Positions 1 to 10,141 of a stretch of 63,143 nt of DNA are shown here, piece after piece. The stretch comes from Folioceros fuciformis (Eukaryota): the NCBI GenBank assembly GCA_049999805.1, contig JBNGIO010006164.1, positions 151,939 to 215,081 on the forward strand, read 5' to 3'. A program made the position numbers and the translations under genes. Position 1 is the stretch's first letter, and the number at the start of each line of letters is the position of its first letter. Below the pieces are notes generated by a model. It worked only from the letters and a program-made list of their open reading frames with translations, did not search any database and was not told the origin of the DNA.

Positions 1-387
1 GTGTTGCAGCTTTGCAGAAGAAGGGAAGGGTTATCGTTTGGTGAGTCCTGAAATTGATTGTGGCAGCTCGCTGGTTGCAGGTGTGCAAAATGCAGGAGCC
101 AAGAGGAAACGTGAGGTCCCATGGAGTTTTTTTGCTTCATGAGAGATGCGGATGGCCTGCAGGCTTTAGTACCCTGCCAAAGCAAAACAGAGGTTGTTGC
201 CTGATCGAAAGAGTTGTGCCCTGCAGCTGCCGACCAATCTAGATTGGTGGCGTGATGTACTCGCAGCTGTTTCTAGTGACAGCACCATGAAGAAGGAAAG
301 GGCAGGAGAACTTGTTGTGAACCTTGTCTTGAACTCTGCACAGTCGACTCTCGTCTACGCAAAAGGGGAAGTCTGCTGCTCCACTTC

Positions 388-2351
388 ATGGCTGTCTGGA
401 GCCTTGTAATAGAAGCAGGTAAAGGGCAACAGGATCCGTTGCGCGCACCTGTCTCATGGACCCAACAGATCGTTGGGTTCACCGAAATTCTGGGAAGGAT
501 CCCCGGTCGCCTGACTTCAACAGACCAAGCTTTGGCACACAAGCAGCTTGGGATGGGCACCAGAAAGCCAGCCCGTCCAATGGCATGTCTTGCTGCTGTT
601 GACAGGTCTGCAGGCGTGGAGAGCGGCGTTAGGTCTGAAACCGTGAGCGAGCTATGTCATATTGGTCGGCTCACTGAGGCTGTTGAGGCTTTGGAAGTTC
701 TGGTGCAGACAGGCCCTTGCATTTCCAAATCTCTCTTGTACGTTGTCCTGAAGAAATGTGTAGCGAAGAACGATCTGTTGCTGGGCAGGCGCGTCCATGC
801 TTGCATGGTGAGAGGGGGTAATCAGGCAGACTCTTTCCTGGGCTTCCATCTTCTGCGAATGTATGCTTCCCATGGCAGGTTGCAAGACGCGATGGGTGTG
901 TTTGAGGTGGTTGGCAAACCAGATGCCTTCACGTGGTCTGCCATCATTTCTTCGCATGTGAAGCACGGGCAGGATAAGCAGGCCATACGACTGTATCATC
1001 GGATGCGGAGGTCAGGTGTGGAGCCTGATGGGCATGTCTTTGTGGCAGCCCTTCAGGCTTGTTTAAGGGTTTCAGACTTGAGATCTGGGCAGCAGGCACA
1101 TGCCGATGTGTTGGCCAGTGGTATCGATCCTGATTTACTGCTCGGTAACTGCTTGGTGAGCATGTATGCAAAGTGTAGTAGCTTGGAAGACGCTGAGAGA
1201 GTGTTTGATGGACTTGGGCAAAAGGACGTTGTGACTTGGAATGCCATGATAGTAGGATATTCGCAGCAAGGCAGGGGGCTGAAAGCGCTCCGCCTCCACA
1301 GTGCTATGCAAGAAGAGGGCATGGCTGTACCCACTCGAGTGACATTTCTGGTCCTGCTGCAGGCGTGTGCAAGTCTGGGCAACTTGGCCTTGGAGAAGGG
1401 AAAGAATCTTCATTCGCAAATCAGAGATCGAGGACTTGAAGCTGATGTGGTTCTTGCCAACTGTTTGGTAAAGATGTATGCNNNNNNNNNNCCATGATAG
1501 CAGGATATTCCCAGAAAGGCATGGGCCATGAAGCCCTTCGTCTCTACAGGGCTATGCAGGAAGATGGCATGAATATACCCAATTCCGTCACATTTGTATG
1601 CCTCTTACAGGCATGTGCCAGTGTTGGCACGACGGCATTAGAGACTGGTAAGCACCTTCATCAGCTCATCAGGGAACGAGGATATCAGGCTGATACGTTT
1701 GTAGTACCCGATTGGCATTGCCATACCCGATTCTGTAACTTTTTCGTGCCTCCTGCAGGCGTGTGCGGTTGTTGGGACCCCAGCTGTGGAGAAGGGAAAG
1801 TAGCTTCATAAACAGTTTTGAGAACGAGGATTCGAAGCCGATGCCTTTTTAGCAAACAGTTTGGTGAACATGTATGCAAAATGTGGCAAGTTGGACGACG
1901 CACAGAGACTATTTCAAGGACTTGGTAAGAGGAATGTTGTTACCTGGAATGCCATGATAGCAGGGTATTCCCAGCAGGGCATGGGCCACGAAGCTCTTCG
2001 GCTCTCCAGTGCTATGCCGGAAGAAGGCATGGCTGTGCCTGATTCCGTCACATTTGTGAGCCTTCTGCAGGCATGTGGAAATGTGGCAGCTTTGTACCTG
2101 GGAAGGCAACTAAACGCGCAGATCAAAGCACAAGGGCTTCAAACCGATTTGTCCGTAGCCTCAAGTTTGATTAACATGTATGGGAAGTGCGGAAGCATGA
2201 TTGATGCACATCAGGTGTTTGATGAGTCACCTGAACGAGACGTTGTCGCGCGGAGTGCACTGATTGCAGGCTACACTTCTCAAGGCGATACTGAAATGGT
2301 GTTCGATTTAGTACAGATCTGTACGGGTTGGTGCACAGTTTCGTCGTTGGG
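388..2351 (+). pseudogene. PLS-class PPR gene (WW-cluster type), disrupted
   Basis: PLS triplets (MYAKCGSLEDA, VVTWNAMIAGYSQQG, VTFVCLLQAC) across ORFs 388-1497, 1494- and 1861-. Deletion/frameshift near 1705-1715. In-frame TAG 1801-1803 and TGA 1819-1821. After P2 'FDLVQ' the sequence jumps in another frame to the E+ relic TDLYGLVHSFVVG (2313-2351). N-gap at 1482-1491. Confidence 0.85.
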
Positions 2352-2823
2352 GGTGAGAGTGACCCATGCAGCTTTGCTAAGGTCCCATGTCCGGGCGGTG
2401 GAAAACTGTTTTGCACAAGAGGTGAGGAAGATTATGTGAGTACGGGGGCTCTAAGCATGATACACACGTGGAGGAATCTACATACATTTCGACAAGAGGT
2501 CAGATGACGTAGGTCCATATTATCGCCGGAGGGTAGTCAGCTTTTCCGTTCATCAGATCTTCCTGTGAATTTTTGAGTATGGCCGAATTTTCCTCTTTCT
2601 TTCTTGACAGCCAAGGGCTCTCTAAAGGTTGGACGACCGTAGCACTGCTCGTTCTCGCCATCCTTCTCGAACTCTCTTTGCCTTGAAGACACAACGTTGC
2701 TAAAGCGAATGAGTTGTCAAACAGGGATTGTCCTGGAATTATAACGCCTTAACATGGTTGCCGACTTCTAAGCGGAGGCTGCCTACCCATAAAGCAGAGA
2801 CTTAAGACCAGGGCCTTTCTCCT

Positions 2824-5800
2824 TCATATTGGAACACGTGTCTGCTTCAGCGATGATAAACCCTGCGGACGTTTTTCGTCCCCAACCAGGAAACTGTGCA
2901 CCAGTCCGTGCTCGTCCGTCCACCAACTCTGACCTGGCTGCTTCCATGCCCTGATTCTTGTTCTCCTCGCATGCATCTGCTGTGCCTGATCCCACATCTG
3001 AGACCCGATGTATATGTTCAACATCAATACATGTGCCGTGGTATCTTTTCTATCTAGCTTCACAGATTCATTAAAAGCAAGTTGGCCAATCTCCACGTTG
3101 CCCCACTTTTGACAGGCACCCAACAGAGTGTGCCAAACTGCAGCTTTAGGTTCCATAGGCATTGTCTCTACGAAAGCTAGTGCCTCATCCAGTTGTCCCG
3201 CACGACCCATGAGATCCACCATGCATGTGTAGTGGTCTCCCGTGGGAATGATGCCGTGGTGCCTGCTCATAGTCTCAAAATATTTCCACCCCTTGTTCAC
3301 TAGGCCCGCATGACTACACACTGCTAGCACACTGAGGAAAGTAATACCGTCTGGCAGCATACCATCCTCTCCCATTCTTTGAACGAGGTCGAACACCATT
3401 TCAGTATTGCCCTCGCAGGTGTAGCCTGCAATCAGTGCACTCCAGGCCACCACGTCCTTTTCGGGCAACTTATCAAAGACCTGCTGTGCATCAACCATAC
3501 GACCAGCCTTTCCATACATGTTAATCAAACTTCCAGCAACATACACATCATCTTGAAGCCCTTGTTGCAGAATCTTTGCATGTAGCTGCCTGCCCACATG
3601 CAAGGCTGCAAGGTCTGCACATGCATGCAGGAGGCACACAAATGTGACGGAATTGGGTACAGCCATACCTTCTTCCTGCATAGCAGCGTAAAGTCGAAGG
3701 GCTTCGTGGCCCATGCCCTGCTGGGCGTATCCTGCGATCATGGCAGTCCACGCACCCACATCCTTTTTACCGAGTCTGTCAAACAATCTCTTAGCATCCT
3801 CCAAGCTGCCACACTTTGCATACATGTTCACCAAACTGTTGATTACAAAGGCATCAGCTTGATATCCCTGTTGTCTTATCTGCGTATGAAGATGCTTCCC
3901 CTTCTCCAGCCCTGGAGTGCCCAAACTTGCACATGCCTGAAGGAGGCTCACGAATGTGACGGAATTGGGCACGGCCGTGCCTCCCTCTTGCATAGCACAG
4001 TAGAGACCAAGGGCTTCCTGCCCCATGCCTTGCTGTGAATATCCTGCTATCATAGCATTCCACGTGACCACATTTTTTTGATCAAGCCCATTGAACACCC
4101 TCTTGGCGTCCTCCAAGCTGCCACACTTGGCATACATGTTTACCACACTGCTGCTTACGAACACATCAGCTTGGTGTCCTCGTTCTCTAATCTGCACATG
4201 GAGTTGCTGCCCAATCTCCAATGCTGGTGTGCCCACACTTGCACATGCCTGGAGGAGGTACACAAATGTCGTAGCATTGGCTGCACACATGCCTTCCTCT
4301 TGCATAGCACTGTAAAGACAAAGGGCTTCGTGGCCCATGCCCTGCTGGGAATACGCTGCTATTATCGCAGTCCAGGCGACCTCATTCTTGTCACCGATTC
4401 TGTTGAAGAATTTCTGTGCTTCGTCCAAGCTGCCGCACTTTGCATACATGTTTACCAAACTGCTGGCTATAAGCACGTCACCTTCATGTCCTCGTTCTCT
4501 AATTTGTCCGTGAAGCTGCTTCCCCTTCTCCAATGCTTGTGTGCCCAGACTTGTGCATGCCTGCAGGAGACACAAAAAAGTCACAGAATCAGGCACAGCA
4601 ATCCCTTCATCTTCCATATCACTGTACAGAAGTAGGGCTTCCTGGCCCATGCCCTGCTGGGAATATGCTGCTATCATGGCAGTCCACGTCACCACATCCT
4701 TTTGACAAAGTCCGTCAAACACTCGTCGGGCATGTTCCAAGCTTCCACATTTTGCGTACATGTTCACCAAGCTGTTGCCTACTGACATATCCTTGTGGTG
4801 CCCACTTTGTCTAATTTGTGCATGGAGATGCTTACCTCTCTTCAAGGCTGCTGTCCCCACACTCGTACATGCGTGCAGGAGACACACAAAGGTCACAGAA
4901 TCGGGCACACATCCACCTTCAACTTGCATAGCACTGAACAGCGAAAAGGCTTCCTGGACCATGCCCTGCTGTGCATAGCCTGCTATCATAGCATTCCACG
5001 TCACCACATCTTTGTGACGAAGGCCATCAAAAACTCTTCGAGCATCTTGCAAGCTGCCGCACTTTGCATACATGTTCAGCAAGCAATTCCAACCAAACAA
5101 ATCAGGCTCAATGCCACTGACGATAACATCAGCATGCACCTGCTGCCCAGTTTTCAAGTCTGCTCCTTTCGCACAAGCCTGCAGGACGGCCACAAACACA
5201 TGGGCGTCTGGCTTCACACCGGACCTGCGCATACGATCGTACAGCTGGGTGGCCGACCTGTGTCGTCCATGTTTAACATGCGCAGAAATGATGGAGGACC
5301 ACATGTAGGCGTCTGGTTCGGCCACCAGTTCAAATACATGCATTGCGTCTTGCAGCCTCCCATGAGAAGCATACATCCGCAGTATGTGATTGCCCAGGAA
5401 CGTATCTGACTCATACCCCTTTCTAACAGTGAAAGCATGGACCCGCCTGCCCAGCACAAGATCCCTGTTCACCACACATTGTTTCAGCACAGCGTAAAAG
5501 AGAGACCTGGAAATAAACAGCTCTGTCTGGACCAGAACTTCCAAAGCCTCCACAGCCTCTCTGAGATGGCCCTCGTAACACAGCTTGCTCACAATATCAG
5601 CCGTCACGCCCTTATCTAATCCCCCGTCGGAGGCACAACGCACAATCTGTATATCCTGAGCAGCAAGCTCCGATTCCAACGAAGTTAGATTAAATCCACT
5701 CAAGTTGTTCAACCAGACGATCTCCTGGGACTGTATGAGCCGGAAGCCTAGCGAACAGAAGTTTTTCCTACTTTGCCAGCAACGTGAAAGCTGTCCTGGC

Positions 5801-5838
5801 CAAGCTTGTGGCTGGAAGACGCATCTCCATCTAGACAT
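2824..5838 (-). CDS. PLS-E PPR protein, WW-type PG-box, deaminase absent (E+-like)
   Basis: 1004-aa ORF of PLS triplets, P2-L2-S2, E1/E2, then AWKQPGQSWWTDEHGLVHSFLVGD. No HxE or CxxC. The true start may involve an upstream exon. Confidence 0.92.
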   Translation of the reverse strand: MSRWRCVFQPQAWPGQLSRCWQSRKNFCSLGFRLIQSQEIVWLNNLSGFNLTSLESELAAQDIQIVRCASDGGLDKGVTADIVSKLCYEGHLREAVEALEVLVQTELFISRSLFYAVLKQCVVNRDLVLGRRVHAFTVRKGYESDTFLGNHILRMYASHGRLQDAMHVFELVAEPDAYMWSSIISAHVKHGRHRSATQLYDRMRRSGVKPDAHVFVAVLQACAKGADLKTGQQVHADVIVSGIEPDLFGWNCLLNMYAKCGSLQDARRVFDGLRHKDVVTWNAMIAGYAQQGMVQEAFSLFSAMQVEGGCVPDSVTFVCLLHACTSVGTAALKRGKHLHAQIRQSGHHKDMSVGNSLVNMYAKCGSLEHARRVFDGLCQKDVVTWTAMIAAYSQQGMGQEALLLYSDMEDEGIAVPDSVTFLCLLQACTSLGTQALEKGKQLHGQIRERGHEGDVLIASSLVNMYAKCGSLDEAQKFFNRIGDKNEVAWTAIIAAYSQQGMGHEALCLYSAMQEEGMCAANATTFVYLLQACASVGTPALEIGQQLHVQIRERGHQADVFVSSSVVNMYAKCGSLEDAKRVFNGLDQKNVVTWNAMIAGYSQQGMGQEALGLYCAMQEGGTAVPNSVTFVSLLQACASLGTPGLEKGKHLHTQIRQQGYQADAFVINSLVNMYAKCGSLEDAKRLFDRLGKKDVGAWTAMIAGYAQQGMGHEALRLYAAMQEEGMAVPNSVTFVCLLHACADLAALHVGRQLHAKILQQGLQDDVYVAGSLINMYGKAGRMVDAQQVFDKLPEKDVVAWSALIAGYTCEGNTEMVFDLVQRMGEDGMLPDGITFLSVLAVCSHAGLVNKGWKYFETMSRHHGIIPTGDHYTCMVDLMGRAGQLDEALAFVETMPMEPKAAVWHTLLGACQKWGNVEIGQLAFNESVKLDRKDTTAHVLMLNIYIGSQMWDQAQQMHARRTRIRAWKQPGQSWWTDEHGLVHSFLVGDEKRPQGLSSLKQTRVPI

Positions 5839-6130
5839 ATCCTCTACCCCAGTGAGGTTTTCCCTGCTACATCCATTGCTCCCAGGAGAGCCTGTGTCTG
5901 CGAGGCACCGATCGGTCCGTCAACTGGAATGTGATGCACTCGGACCAGAGGTGCAGATCGCTGGTCACCGGAACCTGCAACTCTTCTTCCGATTTGATAG
6001 AAGCCTTGAAAAATTCCATGCTCTCCTGGTCAGGTCGGTCCGTGAGAAATCAAAGAGGCAACGCAATTCAACGGAACGATTACCACGGAGCAAGGTCTGA
6101 AAAGGCGACCCCGCGTGGCACAGATTGAGC

Positions 6131-6343
6131 AGTGATAATTGGACTCCCTTTGAATGACTTCGTTGCTAAAGGCTCCGAGCTTATAGCCAGTTTCTCACTG
6201 TGGCACACACAAACGGTCCTCCAACTGTGGCGCATGTCCGCCCGCATCCAAAGATGTTTCAGCCCCGGCTGAATTTTGAGATTCCTCCTCCCTCTGACCA
6301 CAAAATTCCGCACCAGTCCGGCCGTGACTGTCCAATGGCCCTG
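6131..6343 (-). pseudogene. Orphan decayed WW-type E+/DYW tail fragment
   Basis: Translation HWTVTAGLVRNFVVRGRR resembles WWTDMAGLVHSFVVGDRK. It continues to CHSEKLAIS, the DYW HxE signature. Confidence 0.7.
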
Positions 6344-6514
6344 CATTTGTGAAGCCACATGCACAGATTCAAGCAAATTGATGTGTCAAAAGCATGGTTG
6401 ATCAAATTTCAGCGAATGTGTCGATATGGGCAGCGGACAATGCTCGAAAGCTGGCAGACATTGGGAAGTGAGTTTTGGACTCCCCTTGGGTTTGTTGCTC
6501 CCTCGCTGTCTGTC

Positions 6515-9500
6515 TCATAGCCAGCTTCTGGGTGTGCCCACACAGAGATGATTCCCCATCCAACCATCAACATGTTTCCGCCAGCAGAAGCGGAATACAT
6601 CTCCTTCATCTCCTGCCCTGGGAACCAGCTGGTTCACCTCCGCTACTCTTTTGAGATGCTTCCTATCCCCGACCACAAAACTGTGCACCAGTCCGGCCAT
6701 GTCAGTCCACCAGCTCTGCCCAGGCCGCTTCCATGCTCTCACTTTTATTCGCCTTGACTGCATATCCTGTGCCTGCTCCCACATCCCGTCACCCTTGTAT
6801 ATGTTAGACATCAACAAATAAGCTGTGGCATCCTGATAGTCTATCTTCACTGCTTCATCGAAAGCATCGCTTCCCACATCGACGTTGCCCCATTTTTGAC
6901 AAGCACCCAACAGCGTGTGCCAAACTGCAGCATTAGGCAATACAGGCATTGTTCGGATCACCGCCAGTGCCTCATCCAGTCGGCCCGCACGGCCAAGCAG
7001 ATCCACCAGGCATGTGTGGTGCTCCACCGACGGGCAGATGCCATACTGACTGCTCATGGAGATGAAGCACTCTCTTCCCTTGTTCAATAGACCCGCATGA
7101 CTGCATACTGTTAATACACTTAGAAATGTAATGCCGTCTGGCTGTGTGCCTTCCTCTCTCATTTTCTGAACCAAGTCGAAGACCACTTCGCTGTCTCCTT
7201 GGCGGGTGTATCCCGCAATCAGTGCATTCCAGGAGACAGCTTCCCTCCTGGATAGCAATACATCAAACACTTGCTGTGCATCAATCATGCTACCACACTT
7301 CCCGTACATGTTTATCAAACTGATAGCTACAGACACATCGACTTGCAGCTCTTGTTCTTGAATCTGTGCATGTACCTTCCTTCCTAAATGCAGGGCTGCT
7401 AGATTTGCACAAGCTTGCAGGAGGCACACAAATGTCACGGAATTAGGAACAGACGTGCCATCCTCTTGCATTAGGCCGTAAAGATAGAGGGCTTCCTGAC
7501 CCATGCCCTGCTGAGTATACCCTGCGATCATGGCATTCCATGTCACTACATCTTTTGATTGCAGTCCGTCAAACACACTCTGGGCATCCTCTAAACTGCC
7601 ACACTTTGCATACATGTGTACCAAACAACTGGCTACAATCACATCGGTATAGAATTCTTGCTCTTCAATTTGTGCATGAAGCTGCCTCCCCTTCTCCAGA
7701 GCTGGGGTGCCCTCATTGGCACATGCCTGCAGAAGGCACATAAATGTCACTGAACTGGGTACAGCGACACCCTCTTCTTGCATAGCACTGTAAAGAAGAA
7801 GGGCCTCCTTTACCATGCCTTGCTGAGAATAGCCTGCAATCAGAGCGGTCCAAGTCACCACGTCCTTCTGACCAAGGTCGTCGAACACTTTTTGAGCCTC
7901 TTCCAAGCTTCCACACTTTGCATACATATTTACCAAACTGTTAGCCACAGACACATTTCCGAGAAGCCCTTGATATCGAACTTGTGCATGCAGCTGTTTC
8001 CCCATGTCCAATGCCAGGGTGCCCACATTTGCACATGCCAGGAGGAGGCACACAAATGTCACAGAATCTGGTACAGCCACGCCTTCTTGTTGCATAGCAG
8101 CGTAAAGTCCAAGAGCTTCCTGGCCCATGTTTTGTTGGGAGTACCCTCCTATTAGAGAAGTCCAGGTCACCACATTCTTCTGATGCAGCCCATCAAATAC
8201 CAGCTGAGCATCCTCCAAGCTGCCACACTTTGCATACATGTTAACAAGGCTGCAACCTACAACTACGTCAGTCTGAAGCGCTTGTTCTCGAATCTGAGCA
8301 TGAAGGTGCTTACCCGTGTCTAAACCCAGGGCACCGACACTTGCACATGCTTGCAAGGCACACACAAACGTCACAGAATCAGGGGTCGTGATGCCTTCCT
8401 CTTCCATAGCACTGAGGAGACGAAGTGCATCCTGGCCCATGCCCTGTTGGGAATATCCTGCTATCATGGCATTCCATGTCACCACGTTCTTTTCACGCAA
8501 TCCCTGAAACACTCTTTGAGCGTCTCTCAAGCTGCCACACTTCGCATACATGCTCACCAAACTGTTGGCCACACGCACATGAGCTTCATGTCCTCTTTCT
8601 CTCAGTTGTGCATGGAGCTGCCTGCCCTTCTCTAAAGCTGGATTCCCCAGGCTTGCGCAAGCCTGCAAGAGGCATACGAATGTCACAGAATCGGGTGCCG
8701 CGATGCCTTCTTGTTGCATAGCACTGTAAAGACGCAGGGCTTCCTGACCCATGCCACACTTTGCATACATATTTATCAAGGAATTGCAAACAAACAAGTT
8801 ATGGCCTAACCCGCTAGTCAATACATCATAATGCAGCTCCTGCCCCGATGACAAATATGCTCCCCTTGCACAAGCCTGGAGTGCTGCTACAAATACATGG
8901 GCATCTGGCTTCACACTCGACCTTCGCATCCGACGATACAATTGGATGGCCTGCATGTCTTGTCCGTGTTTTACGTGAGCAGAAATGATGGAAGACCACA
9001 CGAAGGCATCTGGCGTGACAACCATTGTGAACACATGCATCGCGTCTTGTAACTTGCCATGAGAAACATACATGCGCAGGATGTGGTTGCTCAGGAACGT
9101 GTCCGACTGATACCCCATTTCCACCGTGAGAGCATGCACACGGCGACCCAGAACAAGGTCCCCGCTGTCCACGCATTTTTTAAGAACAGTGTAAACGAGA
9201 GCTGTGGAAATGGAATCGTGTCTCTGCACCAGGATTGCCAGAGCCTCAACAGCATGAGCGAGATGGCCTTGGTGACATAGCTTGTTCACGGTTTCCGCCG
9301 TTACCGTGACGCCCCTTTCGTACCTGCAAAGCTTAGGATCATTTGGGAAGCTTCCATCAGTTTGCACACCCTCTGACGTTGAAGGTACAGGCTTTGTTAC
9401 ACAGGTGTCACATCTGGCGGCTTGGTCGTTTGCCAAACGTTGGTTCGCTGAACTCAGGGGTACACGGGATCTTCCACAGAACCCACCCAGTTGCGCTTGG

Positions 9501-9532
9501 CTTGACCCAACTCTATGGCTGCAGATAGCCAT
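6515..9532 (-). CDS. PLS-E PPR protein, WW-type, frameshifted DYW relic
   Basis: ORF 6515-9610 with first ATG at 9532. PLS triplets, E1/E2, AWKRPGQSWWTDMAGLVHSFVVGD. Out-of-frame ESSLCGHTQKLA near 6520-6555. Confidence 0.92.
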   Translation of the reverse strand: MAICSHRVGSSQAQLGGFCGRSRVPLSSANQRLANDQAARCDTCVTKPVPSTSEGVQTDGSFPNDPKLCRYERGVTVTAETVNKLCHQGHLAHAVEALAILVQRHDSISTALVYTVLKKCVDSGDLVLGRRVHALTVEMGYQSDTFLSNHILRMYVSHGKLQDAMHVFTMVVTPDAFVWSSIISAHVKHGQDMQAIQLYRRMRRSSVKPDAHVFVAALQACARGAYLSSGQELHYDVLTSGLGHNLFVCNSLINMYAKCGMGQEALRLYSAMQQEGIAAPDSVTFVCLLQACASLGNPALEKGRQLHAQLRERGHEAHVRVANSLVSMYAKCGSLRDAQRVFQGLREKNVVTWNAMIAGYSQQGMGQDALRLLSAMEEEGITTPDSVTFVCALQACASVGALGLDTGKHLHAQIREQALQTDVVVGCSLVNMYAKCGSLEDAQLVFDGLHQKNVVTWTSLIGGYSQQNMGQEALGLYAAMQQEGVAVPDSVTFVCLLLACANVGTLALDMGKQLHAQVRYQGLLGNVSVANSLVNMYAKCGSLEEAQKVFDDLGQKDVVTWTALIAGYSQQGMVKEALLLYSAMQEEGVAVPSSVTFMCLLQACANEGTPALEKGRQLHAQIEEQEFYTDVIVASCLVHMYAKCGSLEDAQSVFDGLQSKDVVTWNAMIAGYTQQGMGQEALYLYGLMQEDGTSVPNSVTFVCLLQACANLAALHLGRKVHAQIQEQELQVDVSVAISLINMYGKCGSMIDAQQVFDVLLSRREAVSWNALIAGYTRQGDSEVVFDLVQKMREEGTQPDGITFLSVLTVCSHAGLLNKGRECFISMSSQYGICPSVEHHTCLVDLLGRAGRLDEALAVIRTMPVLPNAAVWHTLLGACQKWGNVDVGSDAFDEAVKIDYQDATAYLLMSNIYKGDGMWEQAQDMQSRRIKVRAWKRPGQSWWTDMAGLVHSFVVGDRKHLKRVAEVNQLVPRAGDEGDVFRFCWRKHVDGWMGNHLCVGTPRSWL

Positions 9533-10141
9533 TGGCACCAAGTCTGGCTGACGGCAGAATAGGTGGAATTCGATGCGTTTCTGTGATGCGAGCTTACGAG
9601 CTTTCTGCACGTCATTCCTGTGCGATGTCCAATAGTCACCTCCATCTGATGACCCGTCTTTTCATTACCAAGCTCGCTCAGCAAACATGTGGTCCGACCT
9701 GCTTGTTCCTTCCACCGAGCAATCTGTGTGCATGTCTACAGCAGAAATACAACAGTCTCCCTGCAACAGAGCTTCCAAAGCGCCAACAGTCTTGTCTGAT
9801 TGAGATGGGCGCCACGACATACCTCCCTCCTCTTCCGTGCCGTTACTACTACGCCCGGTGGTTCCCCCGAAGCCCATGATCCAGCAAGCTCAAGCCGGAG
9901 GTACAACCACCCATCTCAATTTGTTGATGCGCGTACCCATATCTTGATGAGCAAGATGGCCTGATATTCGATACGGAAAGTGCCGTGCTCGTGTCCTGTC
10001 CATTGCCATAAGATTTCCTTGCTGGCGACAGCTGGAGAGCTGGGCTGCTCCGGGGAAGCAAATGCTTGTTAACCTGCCGCTGGCGCATAGCCATCTCTGA
10101 GTACATCGAACAGGGTCACGATGGCCGTCTAAGGCGCAGAA

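Noticed and set aside
1801-1821. Idea that the TAG/TGA stops in the PPR pseudogene (or the TAA in the P450) are repaired by U-to-C editing
   Set aside because: These are nuclear transcripts, whereas that editing is organellar. Accompanying deletions and frameshifts could not be repaired by editing.
3379-5619. Many 60-230 aa ORFs antisense to or overlapping PPR genes (also throughout the window)
   Set aside because: These are shadow frames of the repetitive PPR coding sequence with no independent motifs.
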